From NCBI GenBank assembly GCA_013265495.1, contig MU058065.1, positions 6,386,302 to 6,450,301 on the forward strand: a stretch of DNA of 64,000 nucleotides, given 5' to 3'. This stretch comes from Vicugna vicugna (taxonomy: Eukaryota). Positions 49,715 to 63,144 of the stretch are shown one piece after another. The stretch's first letter is position 1. The number at the start of each line of letters is the position of its first letter. Both the position numbers and the translations under genes were made by a program. The notes beneath the pieces were generated by a model, which was not told the DNA's origin, searched no databases, and saw only the letters and a list, made by a program, of their open reading frames with translations.

Positions 49715-50300
49715 TTTTTGAAAATTTGAATATAGTTGGCATACAAGATTATGTTAGTTCCAGGTATATACTACATAGTGATTTGACATTTGCATACATC
49801 ATGAAATTATCATGATAACTGTAGTAATTATTTGTCTCCATATAAAGTTATTACAGTATTACTGACTATATTCCTTATGTTATATCTTACATTCCCATGA
49901 CTTATTTATTTTATAACTGGAAGCTTGTACCTCTTAATCCCTTTCACTTATTTCACTCACCCTCCCCTCCCCTACCCTCTGGCAACCACCCATTTTTTTT
50001 CTCTGTATCTATGAGTCTGTTTTCATTTTGATTTTTGTTTTTTAGATTCCACATATAAGTGAGATCACAGGGCATTTGTTTTTCCCTGTCTGACTTATTT
50101 CACTTAGCATAATACCCTCTAGATCCACCCATGTTGTTGTAAATGGCAATATTTCTTTTTAATGGCTAAGTAATACTCCATTGTGTGTGGAGTGTGTATA
50201 CACACACACCATATCTTCTTTATCCATTCATCTATCAATGGACACTTGGGTTGCTTCCACATCTTGGCTGCTATAAACAATGCTGCAGTGAACACTGGGG
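49715..50300 (-). mobile_element. L1 3' end fragment
   Basis: TTTAGATTCCACATATAAGTGAGATC...GGACACTTGGGTTGCTTCCACATCTTGGCTGCTAT is an L1 3'UTR in reverse. Confidence 0.85.
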
Positions 50301-51745
50301 TGCTACCACCATCTCCTTGTTGCTACTTCTTTACTCAGTGCAGGAACTCTGCCACAGCCACACCGAACTGCTTCAACAGTGCCTTTTTCTCCTGAGGTCC
50401 CCTCCAAAATCCTTCACAGCTCCTCTTATCCTCTCTCCCACATCAAACGAATCTGCTCTCACCATTTTAACTATTACATGCAGGAAAACAGTCACTTTTT
50501 AGACCTGCCTTCTCTCAAATTCCATGTCCTCATTGCCAACTGTCTGCTCCACCTTTTCCACATGCATGTCCAACCACTTCAATCCAGCTTGCCAAATTAG
50601 CTCTGTACTCTCAACCTTCCAATTTCTTTCAGTAGGACGTTCTTTCTGTTACCTAATGGGAAAACTTAAGTCACTTCTGATTGCTTCCTCCAAAGCCAAA
50701 CCAATCACAAACTTAAGAGATTCTTTCTTCATGGCAAGCTTCCTCCTTTCATTTCCATCATCTCAGGTCTGGGCCATTGCAAAAGCATCCAGAATGAAGT
50801 CTGTGTCTCCAGAGTCTACCCTTCCTAAGGTTCCTGTAGGAAACCTCCAGATTAAATTTGCTCAAATATTACTTGATCACGTTATTCCCTTTCCAAAAAT
50901 TTTCCCTGAGTCCTCACTTAATATCACTGTTGCCATTTTTAGACAGCACTCAAAAGCTGTCCATCTCATTCTGCCTTCCACTCTTTGTGGGGTCATTTGC
51001 CTCAAGTTTCCTCCTTACGTGAGGGTGAATAACAAGCAGCCTATGCCAGGAAATCTATGGCTATTGTCTCAAACCATCAAGTCTCCAGGGCCAGGGCCAG
51101 ACCAACTTGGACAAGGTATCTATGTCTACAGAAAGTAATTATTCATTACACACAGACTGAATTACAGCAGTGTGTGTGGCTCTTGGGATCTGCATTTCCT
51201 CTTCCTCCTCTATCTAGGTGTTTCCCTAAGTCACCAGGGGAACTCAGGACATCAGAAACAGGTCAGAGTCTATGATTCACAAGACCTCTGATGAGATTAC
51301 TTTAATTGCTCAATAATTCTGTAAAAGGATAGAACTGATTTGTCTGGAATCAAAAAGAATGAGGAGGAGTGTAGGAATCAGACCCATTTTCTATTATGAG
51401 ATAAATCTCAAACTACGTCTCCCTAAAGGAAGCTGGAGGAGCACAGAACTTCTTTAAAGCCCTGTTGAAAAAAGTCATCATCCCAGCCCTAATGAGATGG
51501 AGAGTCAGTACCACAAGTTGAGAGAGGTAGCTCTTATAGAACAGAGTGCAAAAGTAGTTAGCAAACCTGAGGAAAAATACAGCTGATAGCACCTAGAGCT
51601 GAGAGGTAAATATGCAAATTACTGAAAAGTGAAAACAGCTGAAGGCTTCACATAATTACGTGACTAGCTCTCACGAAGCCTTGACCTTCATCAGCTTCAG
51701 AAAGAAGTGAACTCTAAAGCAGTGGTCCTCGGGTGAACTCTAAAG

Positions 51746-53760
51746 CAGTGGTCCTCAAAGTGTGGTCCACAGACCCTGAAGGAAACCTGAGGCCTTTTCA
51801 GGGGTTCCACTAGGTGAAACTATTTTCATAACAAAACTCAGATATGATTTGCCTTTTTTACTGGGCCAGCCATTCCACTGATGGTACAAAAGCAATGGTG
51901 GGTCAAACTGCTGGTTCCTGAGCAGGAGTAGAGACAATGGCACCAAGTAAAACTCTTCACCACCACACACTTCTTCACTGCACAGGGAAAGACGAAATGC
52001 TAGCTTTATGAAAGAACATCCTTGTTGAGGCAGAAAAATTATATTCAATCTCAATCGTCAAGTACATCTTTTTGATATTCTCTGTGACAAAATGAGAAGT
52101 ACATATAAAACAGAAAACAATGGTAGTCTTCCAAGTAAAGCATTCATGTGATTGTTTGAATTGCAAAATTTTTCTGTGGAACATCATGTTTACTTGAAAG
52201 AATGGGGGACACACAGGTGATGGTTATTCAGACTTTGGTACTTGGCAGGCATTCTCTAGAAAATGAAACAGTAAGCCTGTCATTTCAAGGAAAACAACTG
52301 CCAGTATTTGCTGCCAATGATAAAATTTGAGCTGCCAAGAGAAAATTAGAATTTTGGCAAAATTGTATCTGTCACCATGAGCTTGGCAGCTTCCCAATAC
52401 TTAACTGTTTTTCTGATGACAGTGCAGTAATATTACTTTTTGACAATGCATAATAAAATGTGGCAACGTTTGGAAATTCTATATAATTCAATGAACCAGT
52501 ATTTTCCAAACACCTATCATACAATGTCACAGAATCATGCATGGGTAAAAGATCCAGTCAAAGTGAGAGAAAACCAATGGATTTTAATGTAACAAAGTAT
52601 GAAATGTAACATTTCATGTAATATTTCATACTTTGTTACACTGTAGCACTGATAATATGTAGCACTGATAATATTTGTAGCACTGATAATATTTCAGATT
52701 CCACACTGCAGCCAACCTTCACAAAACCACCCCTTGTTAACTTCTGTGTAGCACCAAACAAGAATACCCACCATTATCTGAAAAGGCTATAGAAATACTC
52801 TTCCCTTTTCCAACTAATTATTTATGTGAGGCTGGATTTTCTTTATAATTCATCAAAAACAACATATTGAACCAACTGAATGCAGAAACAATATGCAATC
52901 CAGCTATCTTCTATTAAGCCAGATATTAACAAGAGTTCATAAAGACAACACCATTCTTCCCACTAATCTTTTTGAAACAGCATTTTTCATTTTAAAAAAT
53001 GCTTATGTTTACTTATAATGGATTTATTATTTCTAAATGAATTAATGAACACTTCCATTCCCCACATTAAAAATATACTGATGGTATATACAATGGAATA
53101 TGACTCAGCCATAAAAAAGAATAAAACAATGCCACTTGCAGCAACATGGATGGACCTGGAGACCATCATTCTAAGTGAAGTAAGCCAGAAAGGGAAAGAA
53201 AAATACCATATGATATCACATATATGTGGAATCTAAAAAAAAAAGTATAAATGAACTTATTTACAAAGCAGAAACAGACTTCACAGACATAGAAAACAAA
53301 CCAAGTGGTAAAGGGGGTAGGAAGGGATAAACTGGGAGTTTGAGATTTGCAGATACTAACTACTACATATAAAATAGAATTTGTACTGTATAGCACAGGG
53401 AACTATATTCAGTATCTTGTAGTAATCTATAATGAAAAGGAATATGAAAAAGAATATATGCATGTACATATATGACTGAAACATTATGCTGTATACCAGA
53501 AATTGACAGAACATTATAAAATGACATTTCAATTAAAAAAATAAAATGTAAATATATATATGTAGAGAGAGAGAAAGAAGGGAAGGAAGATAATAGCTTA
53601 GTTGTAGAGCACATGCTTAGCATGCAGGAGGTCCTGGGTTCAATCCCTAATACCTCCACTAAAAAAAAAAAGTTAAAAAAATTTTAAATATATATATAAA
53701 GAAGACCCCAAAGAACTTTTAAAGTACATATAAGATACCAAAAGCCTGAGAACCACTCTG
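51746..53760. mobile_element. hAT-Charlie DNA transposon remnant, interrupted by an L1 3' end (about 53075-53545) and a SINE
   Basis: Termini CAGTGGTCCTCAAAGTGTGGTCC and CCTGAGAACCACTCTG. Internal Charlie-like transposase decay (GGTTATTCAGACTTTGGTACTTGGCAGGCATT, TATTTATGTGAGGCTGGATTTTCT). Confidence 0.7.
53580..53680 (+). mobile_element. tRNA-Ala-derived SINE (Vic-1-like)
   Basis: ATAGCTTAGTTGTAGAGCACATGCTTAGCATGCAGGAGGTCCTGGGTTCAATCCC plus an A tail. Confidence 0.85.
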
Positions 53761-56559
53761 GTCTAGAATATACCACTGCCTGTCCAGAATATCCATGAGG
53801 TTCCTAAGGACTAAGTATTTTGTATTTCAGGGCCTAAGAGAAATTAGCACTCTCAATATTTGTTCCAAAAATGCCAGGTCTAGTTACCCATTCTGTAAGA
53901 AGAGAGGGTGAGAATTTAGGGGCATTAAAGAAGGATTTTCTCTGCATTTCACCGACAGATCAAAGCATCTGATTTCATGCTAAAATCGAGGGAACCTATG
54001 ACCAGACAATTCCAAAGTCATAGAAGGAATCTAGCATGAAAGCTAAACTCAACTTCACATCATTATCAGATCCTGAAGTTAAGGGTTCCTCTAGATAGTT
54101 TTTCAGCAAGGGACAACTTATCATTTACATATTCATTTTTGGATTTGATTATAAATATTCTGCCCTCCTCCCATCCTTTTCTCCTACCCACCCCTTCAAA
54201 GTTGTTCCTCTGTGCTCAGTCTTCTCACTTTGCCTGGCATATAGCAAGTGCTCAATAAATAGCAACTGCACTTATTAACATAAACTCTCCCAGAGCAACA
54301 TCTTCTGTCCCATGACCTCAATCACGTCCAACATTCTCAACTTTCTATCACCAGCTAGACCTACAGAACAAACCTCCAGGCCTTTCTACCTAGATGTGCT
54401 GCAGGAACCTCAACTCAGTATGCCCAAAGGGTGACTCTTTTATATTTCTCCTCAAAGCTGCCCCTCCTCCTAATATTTTTTCCTGCATCACCGCCCACCT
54501 GATCATTAACATCAGAAACCTAGGACCATTCCAGATGCTCCTTGTCCCACTCTCCCTACATCTACTTTGCCACCAAGTTTTGTCCACTTTGCCATTGTTA
54601 ACATCTCTCTAAACCCTCTCTGTTCCCACTGCAACTACACAAAGTCCTCACCATCTCTAGCCTGGTCTCTAGTTTTCTCATTGGCTCCCTGCCTCGAGTC
54701 AAACTTTTCTCATCAACCCACACACTGAAAATACAGTAATCTCAAACATATATTTCATGTTACTTTCCTACTAATTATCTTTCCATGGTTTTCCTGCAAC
54801 ATGCTCTTCAAATGATTTTACTCATGTATGCCTCTAAGAATTTTTAAAACCATGTATTCCTTGCACATCTTAATGTTGAACTCTAAACTTTTTCACCACA
54901 AGTTTAAACAAGTTTATCCTTTTGTTAAGAGGAGGTTGAAAATACTATACATTTTGTAGAAAGAACTAAGTTAAGGATTGGCTGTAATTGAAATAAACAC
55001 TTCATGACTTGATTTGATAAAATAAATTTTAACTATCACATTGAATAACACACATCTAAACTAAAAGAAATCTCTTTTTACAAGTTTTATGCAAGTTTTA
55101 CCCAAAATAGCTTGAAAAATCTGTGGTCCCAAAAACATTTTACTCATATTTAACTGTTGTGTTCTTCTGAATTCAGAATATCCCAACAAGGAACAAGCTT
55201 CACCCTAACAGTGTATGAGGCAGAGGAAGACCAGAAGCCTTCTGGATTTTCGAGGTTCCTTGGTCAATCATCAAAGGAGGCCTCCCTATAATTAGTATTT
55301 CCAAAATACTCCATTTCCCAACATGAGGTTTTTATATCTGGAACAATACACCAGAGTAAAATTTGAGAGTGTGAGGAATATGACACTCCCCATCCTTTTT
55401 TTGTAAGATCAGTTTTAGAAGCGTTCATTCATTTGGAGGCTGAGGATCTGGAAATTGATTCTTCTAAAGCTGTATGTGCAGGTGTATCCCCTGGACGTGT
55501 CAGACCCCTGAATACCCTGCTTGAAAACCACTGCTCTGGAAGATACAGTTCTAACTCTGGCAAAACATCCAAAACCCTTTGTGATCTAACCCCTATTAAT
55601 TTCTTTCTTCCTATTTGTCCCTGGATGGCTCCCTTCAAACACAACTCAGATCTGTCAGACTGTTTTCAGTTCTTTTTTCAGACCTTGATGTATCTTCACT
55701 AAAGCTACTTTGTATCTGGAATGTCCTCTCATCTCTTTAATTCCAGAAAACACTTGACAATTTCTCAAGGCTCCATTCAGTCCAATCAATAAACATTGGT
55801 GACTTTATGGGCACCAAAGGGACGGTTTTTATGCAAATAGTGCCTCAGTATTTATCAGAAGAAACGAAGGATAAGATGAAACACTGTCCCTAAGGGCCTC
55901 TCAGCTACTTGTTGATTGGCTAAATCCACAGGGGATGAAGTTAAGATGTGATCTGAAGTAAATGAGAAAGCAGGGTTAACTCCACAAGGAAGGAAAGATT
56001 AAAAGATCTCCTAGATCCAGAACAGAAATGTGAAGACCACGGAATGGGAATAATATAGCTTTCCCAATAAATCTAGGTTAAATATCCTTCTAATGTTCTA
56101 TCAGAATACACATCACACAATATGGCAAATGCTGTTTACTTGATTAAAATCTCCCTTAGGCTATAATGCCTGTGAAAACACACCTGCCTTGTTCACCACC
56201 GTATCTCCTTCAGTGCCTTCCATTGTGCCTTGGTTCGTTTAATATTTGCCGATGTTTATTAAACACTGTTGAATGATTAAATGAACTAATGGATGAATGG
56301 ATACATGAAGAGTTAAATTCCACTGCATCTCAGATTCTGTTTGAATCTCTACGGTTTAGGAAAGTATTTCTCTACATATACTGAAGATGGGGAAGTTAGA
56401 AAGTGGGTAGTCATGTTAAATTCAGCCATGAGGCCTGAGAGGAGCTTGGGCTCACGCCTAAGCCAGGAGAATTTAAACTGCATTGGGGCGGGAAAGAGGA
56501 GGCACGGAGGCCCAGGATGAGGGGATGCTGCAGGGTTCGGTCACCCAGAGGAAGGGCCG

Positions 56560-57150
56560 ACTAAATTCATGGGGCGTGGCTGGGGGTGAGGGGTGAGAAG
56601 GATTCAGGAGAGGCGCGAAGTCCAGGCTGGGTAGGAGGCTGCGGCCCCCTCGCCTCCTAGGGGATGGAGAGGTGACTGGCGGAAAGCAGGGCTGGGGCAA
56701 GAGCGACCAGAGGGCTGGGGGCCGCTTGAAAGGACCCGGGCAGAGGGAGGGGCAGGAAAGTCAGGCCGGCAGAGGGTCGTTCTGCCGGCTCCGAGGCCAC
56801 ACTCACCCAGAGGACTCAGCTTCGCCCCGGCTGGGCGCCGGCTCCGCGTTGCTTCTTCCCTTGGCCTGCTAGGCGAGCCGGCGGCCTCAGGCGCCCCTAG
56901 CAACCACGCACCGCCACGCGACCCGCGCTCTCAGCCGCCGGCGCCGCTGCCGCCAGCCACGCACTGCGCGCGCCCCCAGCGGACGGACTGAGGGCCTGAA
57001 GGGGCGATAGCGGTGGGAGGGAGACCAGCGCGCGGAATCTCGGGGTTGTCGAGCCTGGGCGGGCAGGCAGTCACCGGCCTCGCGCACGCGCAGTCGCTTC
57101 AATGACGGTGGCACCTACAGAGCGGGATTCTGGGAGATGTAGTCTCGCAA
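56560..57150 (-). promoter_or_regulatory. TTLL4: CpG-island promoter of TTLL4 with ZNF143-type, NRF1 and X-box-like motifs
   Basis: High CpG density. GACTACATCTCCCAGAATCCC (minus, 57144-57124), CGCGCACGCGCA (57081-57092, NRF1 consensus YGCGCAYGCGCR) and GTTGCTAGGGGCGC (minus, 56904-56891). Confidence 0.85.
56807..57080 (-). other. TTLL4: Probable non-coding first exon of TTLL4 (5' boundary approximate)
   Basis: Lies in the CpG island. Strong donor CTGG|GTGAGT at 56807/56806, oriented toward the coding exons. Confidence 0.65.
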
Positions 57151-58221
57151 TTAAATTCCTAAAAGGCTCCTTTCTGGCATTCCAGGACTGTCTATAACCT
57201 GATTCCACTTAAGCCATATGGACTCTTTCTTTGTCCATACCTTAATTCGCTCCTCTAAAATTAAAGAGCTCAAGTTTTATTAAAGAATTTTCTTAAAATT
57301 CTTTCCAGTAAAGTCCTTTGAGTTTGACTTCAGGAAAGGGGAGATTGCCAGATCCGCTATGCTTCCCTCAACCCACCTTCCCCTAACCCTAACACACCTG
57401 GCAGGCTACAATTACAACCACCTGATTTCTGGGCTTCAAGTGGGAATTTTTAGAAACACTGTCTCAATTATTTCCCCAGACAAGATAGATAGTGCCCCCT
57501 CAGCCTCAGATGTCCCTACACCTAATGGATTTGGAGATGTAAAGAGAGCTGGAGAATGAAAAAAGCTTTTCTAAACAGTTGGCTACAGAAATGAAAGGGA
57601 CAATAAAAGATGAAACTAATTTAAAGAAAACAATCTGGACCAGAGCAAGGATGCTTACTAAATAATTGATTTAGGCAACAGTCACTGATGGATGTTAAAA
57701 TCATTAGAGGACTGATGAGAGAATTTTACACTGAAAGGATGTTTGCCATCACTTGTATATTTTACTCAATTTTAGATCATGAAATGTGGGATAGCTATAA
57801 ATTGTCTCTTGATGTGATGCAACATGAACTACGCAGTAATATTTACATAGTGTATTTTTGTCTAAAAATCTGTTGAATCTGAACCTAATCAAGTTTTGGC
57901 TTATGTTTCCAGTTTATAGGAAACAAAGAGAAACACCACCACAAGAAAGCAATCTGACAATTGCAGAATGTGGGCCAGTGTATAGATGAATCACCTTGTT
58001 TCTTCAACAATTTCAGAGTATAAAAAAATAATGAGGTGTTCTATATCATAAGAGATTTAAGAGACATAATCACATGCAATGAGTGGAACTTGTTTGGATC
58101 CAGAGTCAAACAAATGAACTGTAAAAAGAATTTTTGAGACAACAGACAAATCTGCATATGGACTGAAGACATTAAAAACATAGTTAATGTTAAGAAATCA
58201 TTATTAATTTTGTTAGTTATT

Positions 58222-58682
58222 ATAGTTTACTGAATGGGAATCCCCCCATATATCCTCAATCCAGGAATGTGTAAATATTCCCTTATATGGCAAAATATGT
58301 GATTAAGGATTTTGAGAGGATGATCTTGAAAGGATTAGGGAATTTTCCTGGCTTATTTGGATGGTCCCTAAATCCAATAACCACTGTTCTTAGTGAGGCA
58401 GAGGGAGATGGGACAGACACAGAAAAGACACAGAAAAAAGAAAGAGGCAATGTGACCAAGGAGACAGAGATCAGAGTGATGTGGAGACAAGCCAAGATGC
58501 CTGAGGCTACCAGAAAGTGGAAGAGGCAAGAATGGATTCTCGCCTAGAACTTTCTGAGGGAATGGGGTTCTTCAGACAGTCTGATTTTGGAATTCTGGCT
58601 TCCAGAACTGTGGGAGAATTTCCATTGTTTGAAGTCACGAAATTTGTGGTAATTTGTTGTGGCAGCCACAGGGTATTTTGAC
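58222..58682 (+). mobile_element. MaLR MLT1-type solo LTR
   Basis: CCTTATATGGCAAAATATGTGATTAAGG...GCCAAGATGCC...CTTCCAGAACTGTGGGAGAAT...TGTGGTAATTTGTT. Confidence 0.75.
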
Positions 58683-59672
58683 ATCTGAGTTATTTGGAAA
58701 GGTATCCTTATTTTTGTACAGACACTTTTAAGGATTAAATGACATAATGCCAGGTGTTTGCTTTTGCTTTAAAAAATTACAGCAAACACCCCAGTAGCAT
58801 CAAGCACATTTATCATTCAGGTCTTAGTTTCTAATATCATTCTCCATTAGAAGGAACCAGGGCTCCTTGGAGAAATGGCTGATTCTAGGAGTGAGACAGG
58901 AAATAAGCAGTCAAAATAAGCCTGAAGCATCAGCAGTTCCTAAAACAAAACAAAAAAACCAGATTGGTGGGAGTATGTCACAGGAGCTAACTGAAAGAAC
59001 TCCCAATGACCAAATGTGGAACAATCTGAGCAATAAAAGTAACAGTGGTTTCTAACCCAAAGTATAAAACAAGTATCCATGAGTCCTTGGTATAAATAAA
59101 TGGTTGGATATGTTCATAAATGCAGTAGAGACAAATTTCCTAGACAGAAAAATTCCAAATAAAGTATGTAGCCCTAAAGGAGGGGGTGCATAACATCCCC
59201 ACCCCATTCCTTAAGTGTGGACTGTGCAGAGTGACTTCTTTTCAAAAGAAGTATGGAAAGGGAGGTGAAGTAAGGCAAAAGGAGTAACAGTAGAAAAATC
59301 TGACAAACACCACTTCAGCCAGGTGATCAAGGTCAACATCAAGTCATAAATCATGTAGGTAATATATGCCCTTGATATGTGATAAAAAATGGCATTTTAC
59401 TTTTGTGATCTTCCTCTCCAAAACTCGTAACTCCAATCTAGTCATGAGAAACATCAGGCAAATTCCTATAGACGTGCCTCCTACAAAATACCTGACCAGT
59501 AATTCTCAAAATTGTCAAAGACATCAAAAACAAGAATTCTGAGAAACTGTTTCAGTCAGAGGAGCCCAAGGAGACAATTATATGTAATGTGTAATGAGAT
59601 CTTGAAACAGGAAAACGACATTAGGTAAGAATTAAGGAAATATTAATAAAATACAGGTTTCAGTTGATAATA

Positions 59673-59873
59673 CAGCTCACACTTGAACAACAGGTTTGAA
59701 CCACATGGATCCACTTACATGTGAATTTTTTTCAGAAATACCTACAGTAGTACTATACAATCTGCAGTTGGTTGAATCCTTGGATACGGAGGGTTGACTG
59801 TAAAGTTATGTTCAGATTTTCAACTGCGCAGCGGTCAGTGTCCTTGAACCCTGCATTTTTCAAGGGTTAACTG
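59673..59873. mobile_element. TcMar-Tigger MITE (MER8/Tigger2-like) nested in old L1 sequence
   Basis: TA flanks on both sides. Imperfect TIRs CAGCTCACACTTGAA / TTCAAGGGTTAACTG. Confidence 0.75.
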
Positions 59874-61579
59874 TACATCAATACTGGTTTGCTAGTTGTA
59901 AAAAATGTATCATAAAAATGTAAGATGTTAATAATAGGGGAAATTGTGTTTAGGGGTTAGGTGTAATATATGAACTTTCTGTACTATCTGCTCAGTTTTT
60001 CTGTAGATCTAAAACTGTTTTAAAATATAAAATCTGTTTTAAAAAAAAAAGCAGCAACAGAAATTTGCCTAGTTCACTTTAACTAAGTGCTCAGATAACT
60101 TCACCACTAATGAGGAAAAGCAAAATCATCAGTCTCCAGATTTGATATTCTAAGAGGACACATCACCACTTAGGCAGTGTTTCTGCCAAAAATGTATATT
60201 TGAATCAAATCACACAGAAAAATCTGATATACCCAAACATCAGCTATACTCAAATCACTAAAAAAAATCAGTTATACCCAAAGTATCAATCGATACTGTA
60301 AAAGGAAGGAAGGATGAGGAATGGTTCTAGATTGGAGGCTAACAGGACATCACAACCAAACACAAAGCATGATCTTGGGTTGGATCCTAGACTAGGAGAA
60401 AAACTAGTATAAAGAACATTACTAGAATAATTGGCAATATTTGAATATGGGCTGCAGATTAGTTAATAGTATTATATCAATGTTGAATTTCCTGATTTCA
60501 TTAATCATACTATGGCTACATAATTAAATACCTTTTCTTTCTTAAGAAATTCACACTTCATTACTTAAAGGTAAAAGGGGGATGGTATTTATAATGTACT
60601 CTCAAATGGTTCAGAAAAATATTATAAAACCAGTTGTGACAAAGTGTTGAATGTGGGTTACAGGTACGTGGGAGTTCTTTGTACTGTTCTTACAACTTTT
60701 CTTTAAATTTTAAATTATTTCAAAAAATGCTTATATAGAACTCTATCAATGACAAAATTTAAAAGGGAATAGGTAAGACCAGTGCGACAAAATGTTGATA
60801 ACTACTGTACCTGCGGGATCAGGGTATGGGGGTTTAGTATGCCATTCTCTCTACTTTTATATATTTGAAAATTTTATAAGCTCCTTCTCGCCTCCCAAAA
60901 AGGTAAAACACATATATGCTCACATGCAAGCAAAACCAAACACAAGCACAAATCCTCAAATCTTCCAGACATTCTCTAAATTCCAGGCACTGCTCAGACC
61001 GTTCACTCCAAATCCTCTCAACACTTTGTGCAATAATTGTTGTAAAACTGTTTACACATTCCTAATCCCTTAGATTGTATGCTCACAAGGATGGGAACAC
61101 ATTTTCATATAATGCTTCCTCATAAAATGATTAATTATTGTTTGATGCAATACTTGGCCTAAAAATTTGGATGTAAATTTAATTTCTCTACATCAAATTG
61201 TTTATGTACCAGATACACAAGATATTTCAAGCTAGTTTTTAACAAATTATTTGCAAGAAATGAATAATTATTTTATAAGGTAATCCCCTTAGTTTATCTT
61301 TTAGGAAAAAAAAATCCATATTTAAAAATACAATACTGTACATATTTGTCTTAATCCAGACAGGTCTTAGTGAAGTACTGTGGTTTTGTTAAAAACAAAA
61401 GTTCTGATTTGTTAGAGATATATTCCAAGGTATTTATGGATAACATTGTATGTTGCCCAGGATTTGTTTTAAAATACTTGAGTAAAGAAACAATAGATAT
61501 GGTAGCTACTGAAGTGGTGATGGGGTTCACTGAACTAATCTATTTTTGTGTACATTTGAAATTTTCCAACTAATAGACT

Positions 61580-62470
61580 TAATATGTTCAAAACTAAACT
61601 CAAATTTTCCCACCCACTACCACTCCACTAACAGCCTTCCCCATTTCAGTCAATGGGAATTCCATCCTTCCAATTGTTCAAAAAACCATGGAGTAACTTG
61701 ACTTGCTTTTCTTTGTTACACCCTCACATCCAATCAGTCAAGAAAATTTATTTGTTCCATGTTCAAGTATATTCAAAATCTGACTTATAAAAAAAAAATC
61801 TATTTTTCACCACTCCATTGGAACCACCCCAGTCCAGGATACCATTATCTCTTGCGTGGATCATTACAGTAGCCTCCCAACTGCTCACCCTACTTCCCAT
61901 CCTTCCCTACTCCTCACTGTCCATTCACAACACCACATTGAAGAGCAGTCTTTTAGAACATAAAGCAGATCACAGAACTCTTCTGATCAAAGCTCACCAA
62001 CAGATCCCTACTCTGTGTAAAGTACAAGGTGTACAAGGCCGACATCTGGTCTCCATCACCTTCCTGTCCTCATTTCCTACCATTCTCTCCCTTCTTCACT
62101 TCTCCCGCCCACATGGCCTCCTCATAGCTCCTCAAACACTCCAGGCATAGTTCCATCTCAGGGCCTTTGAAGATCATTCTACCTGCGTAGCCTTTTCCTT
62201 CAGAGAGCTGCACTGCTTTGTTTAAATATCACCTTCTCGGTGAGGCCTACCCTGGCTATCCAACTCAGCACTCCTTATCCCCTTTCGCTGCTTTTATTTC
62301 TCCAGAGCTTTTATCACCTTGCTACATACTATATAATTCACTCATTTTAATAAGTTCACTGTCTCCCCAACCAGATTGTAAACTCTGTGACAAACAGGCA
62401 GCTCCAGTGCCTAGAACAGTATTTGGCATATAGAAAGGACTCAATAAATGTATGTTGAACTGAATTGAAA
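61580..62470 (+). mobile_element. L2 LINE 3' remnant; other L2 pieces at about 50330-51000 and 54290-54790
   Basis: Ends GTAAACTCTGTGA...CCAGTGCCTAGAACAGTATTTGGCATATAG...CTCAATAAATGTATGTTGAA, the L2 3' terminus. Confidence 0.75.
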
Positions 62471-63144
62471 TAATCTAGATAGGAGGTAATTGTTGCCTCT
62501 AGAAAAAGTTATTTTTGCCAAAATACAAACACAGACAGTAGGCAATGAAGACGAGTATTAAAAATATTTCCTATAAAAATAAGGACACTTTACTCATCTA
62601 AAACAATTGGAATATAAGGAAGGATAAAGTAGTCTCCCTATGTTTTGGATGGAGAAATTAGCTTGTCACAAGCCATCCAATGAGTGAAGGTTTAAGCTTT
62701 CCAGTATGGATTAGGATTCTAACTAATGGGCCTGCCAAACACCCCTTCTGGTAAACTGCACAATCTCCATAAACAGCCGTTCTTCTAAAGCAGCTGGGCT
62801 TCCCTATACATTGAAACTCCACCAATTAAAACTAGTCACTAAGCCTGAGATCACAAAGCAATCCAATTTACCCTTCTGTTTAATCTTATTCTTTCCCATT
62901 TCAGCTCCACTGGCCTTGGCTTGGAAGTAGGAGACCACATGTAGCTCATCTGGGAGGCAGGATGCTTGAAGGCAGGAAAAGATAAAACCAGCTCTCAAAC
63001 CAGGATCTTGTTTGAACAGGACACCAGTTCTCTCAGCACACAAAGCAGCTATAAGAAGAGCTGAACCTCCCAACCCTTTACCTAGGCAGCTCCAAGTAGG
63101 GTAAGGCATACCTCTTATTACAAGAATTTACAAACAGAACTACC

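Noticed and set aside
50524..51138. 204-aa plus-strand ORF
   Set aside because: Overlaps decayed L2-like sequence and has no recognisable domain or gene structure.
52642..52695. CRISPR-like array
   Set aside because: Eukaryotic context, and the repeats are directly adjacent with no unique spacers.
46550..56806. An additional non-coding TTLL4 exon in this interval (acceptor-like sites near 53893, 51127 and 47827)
   Set aside because: I could not pair any acceptor with a convincing donor, so no exon is called without transcript data.
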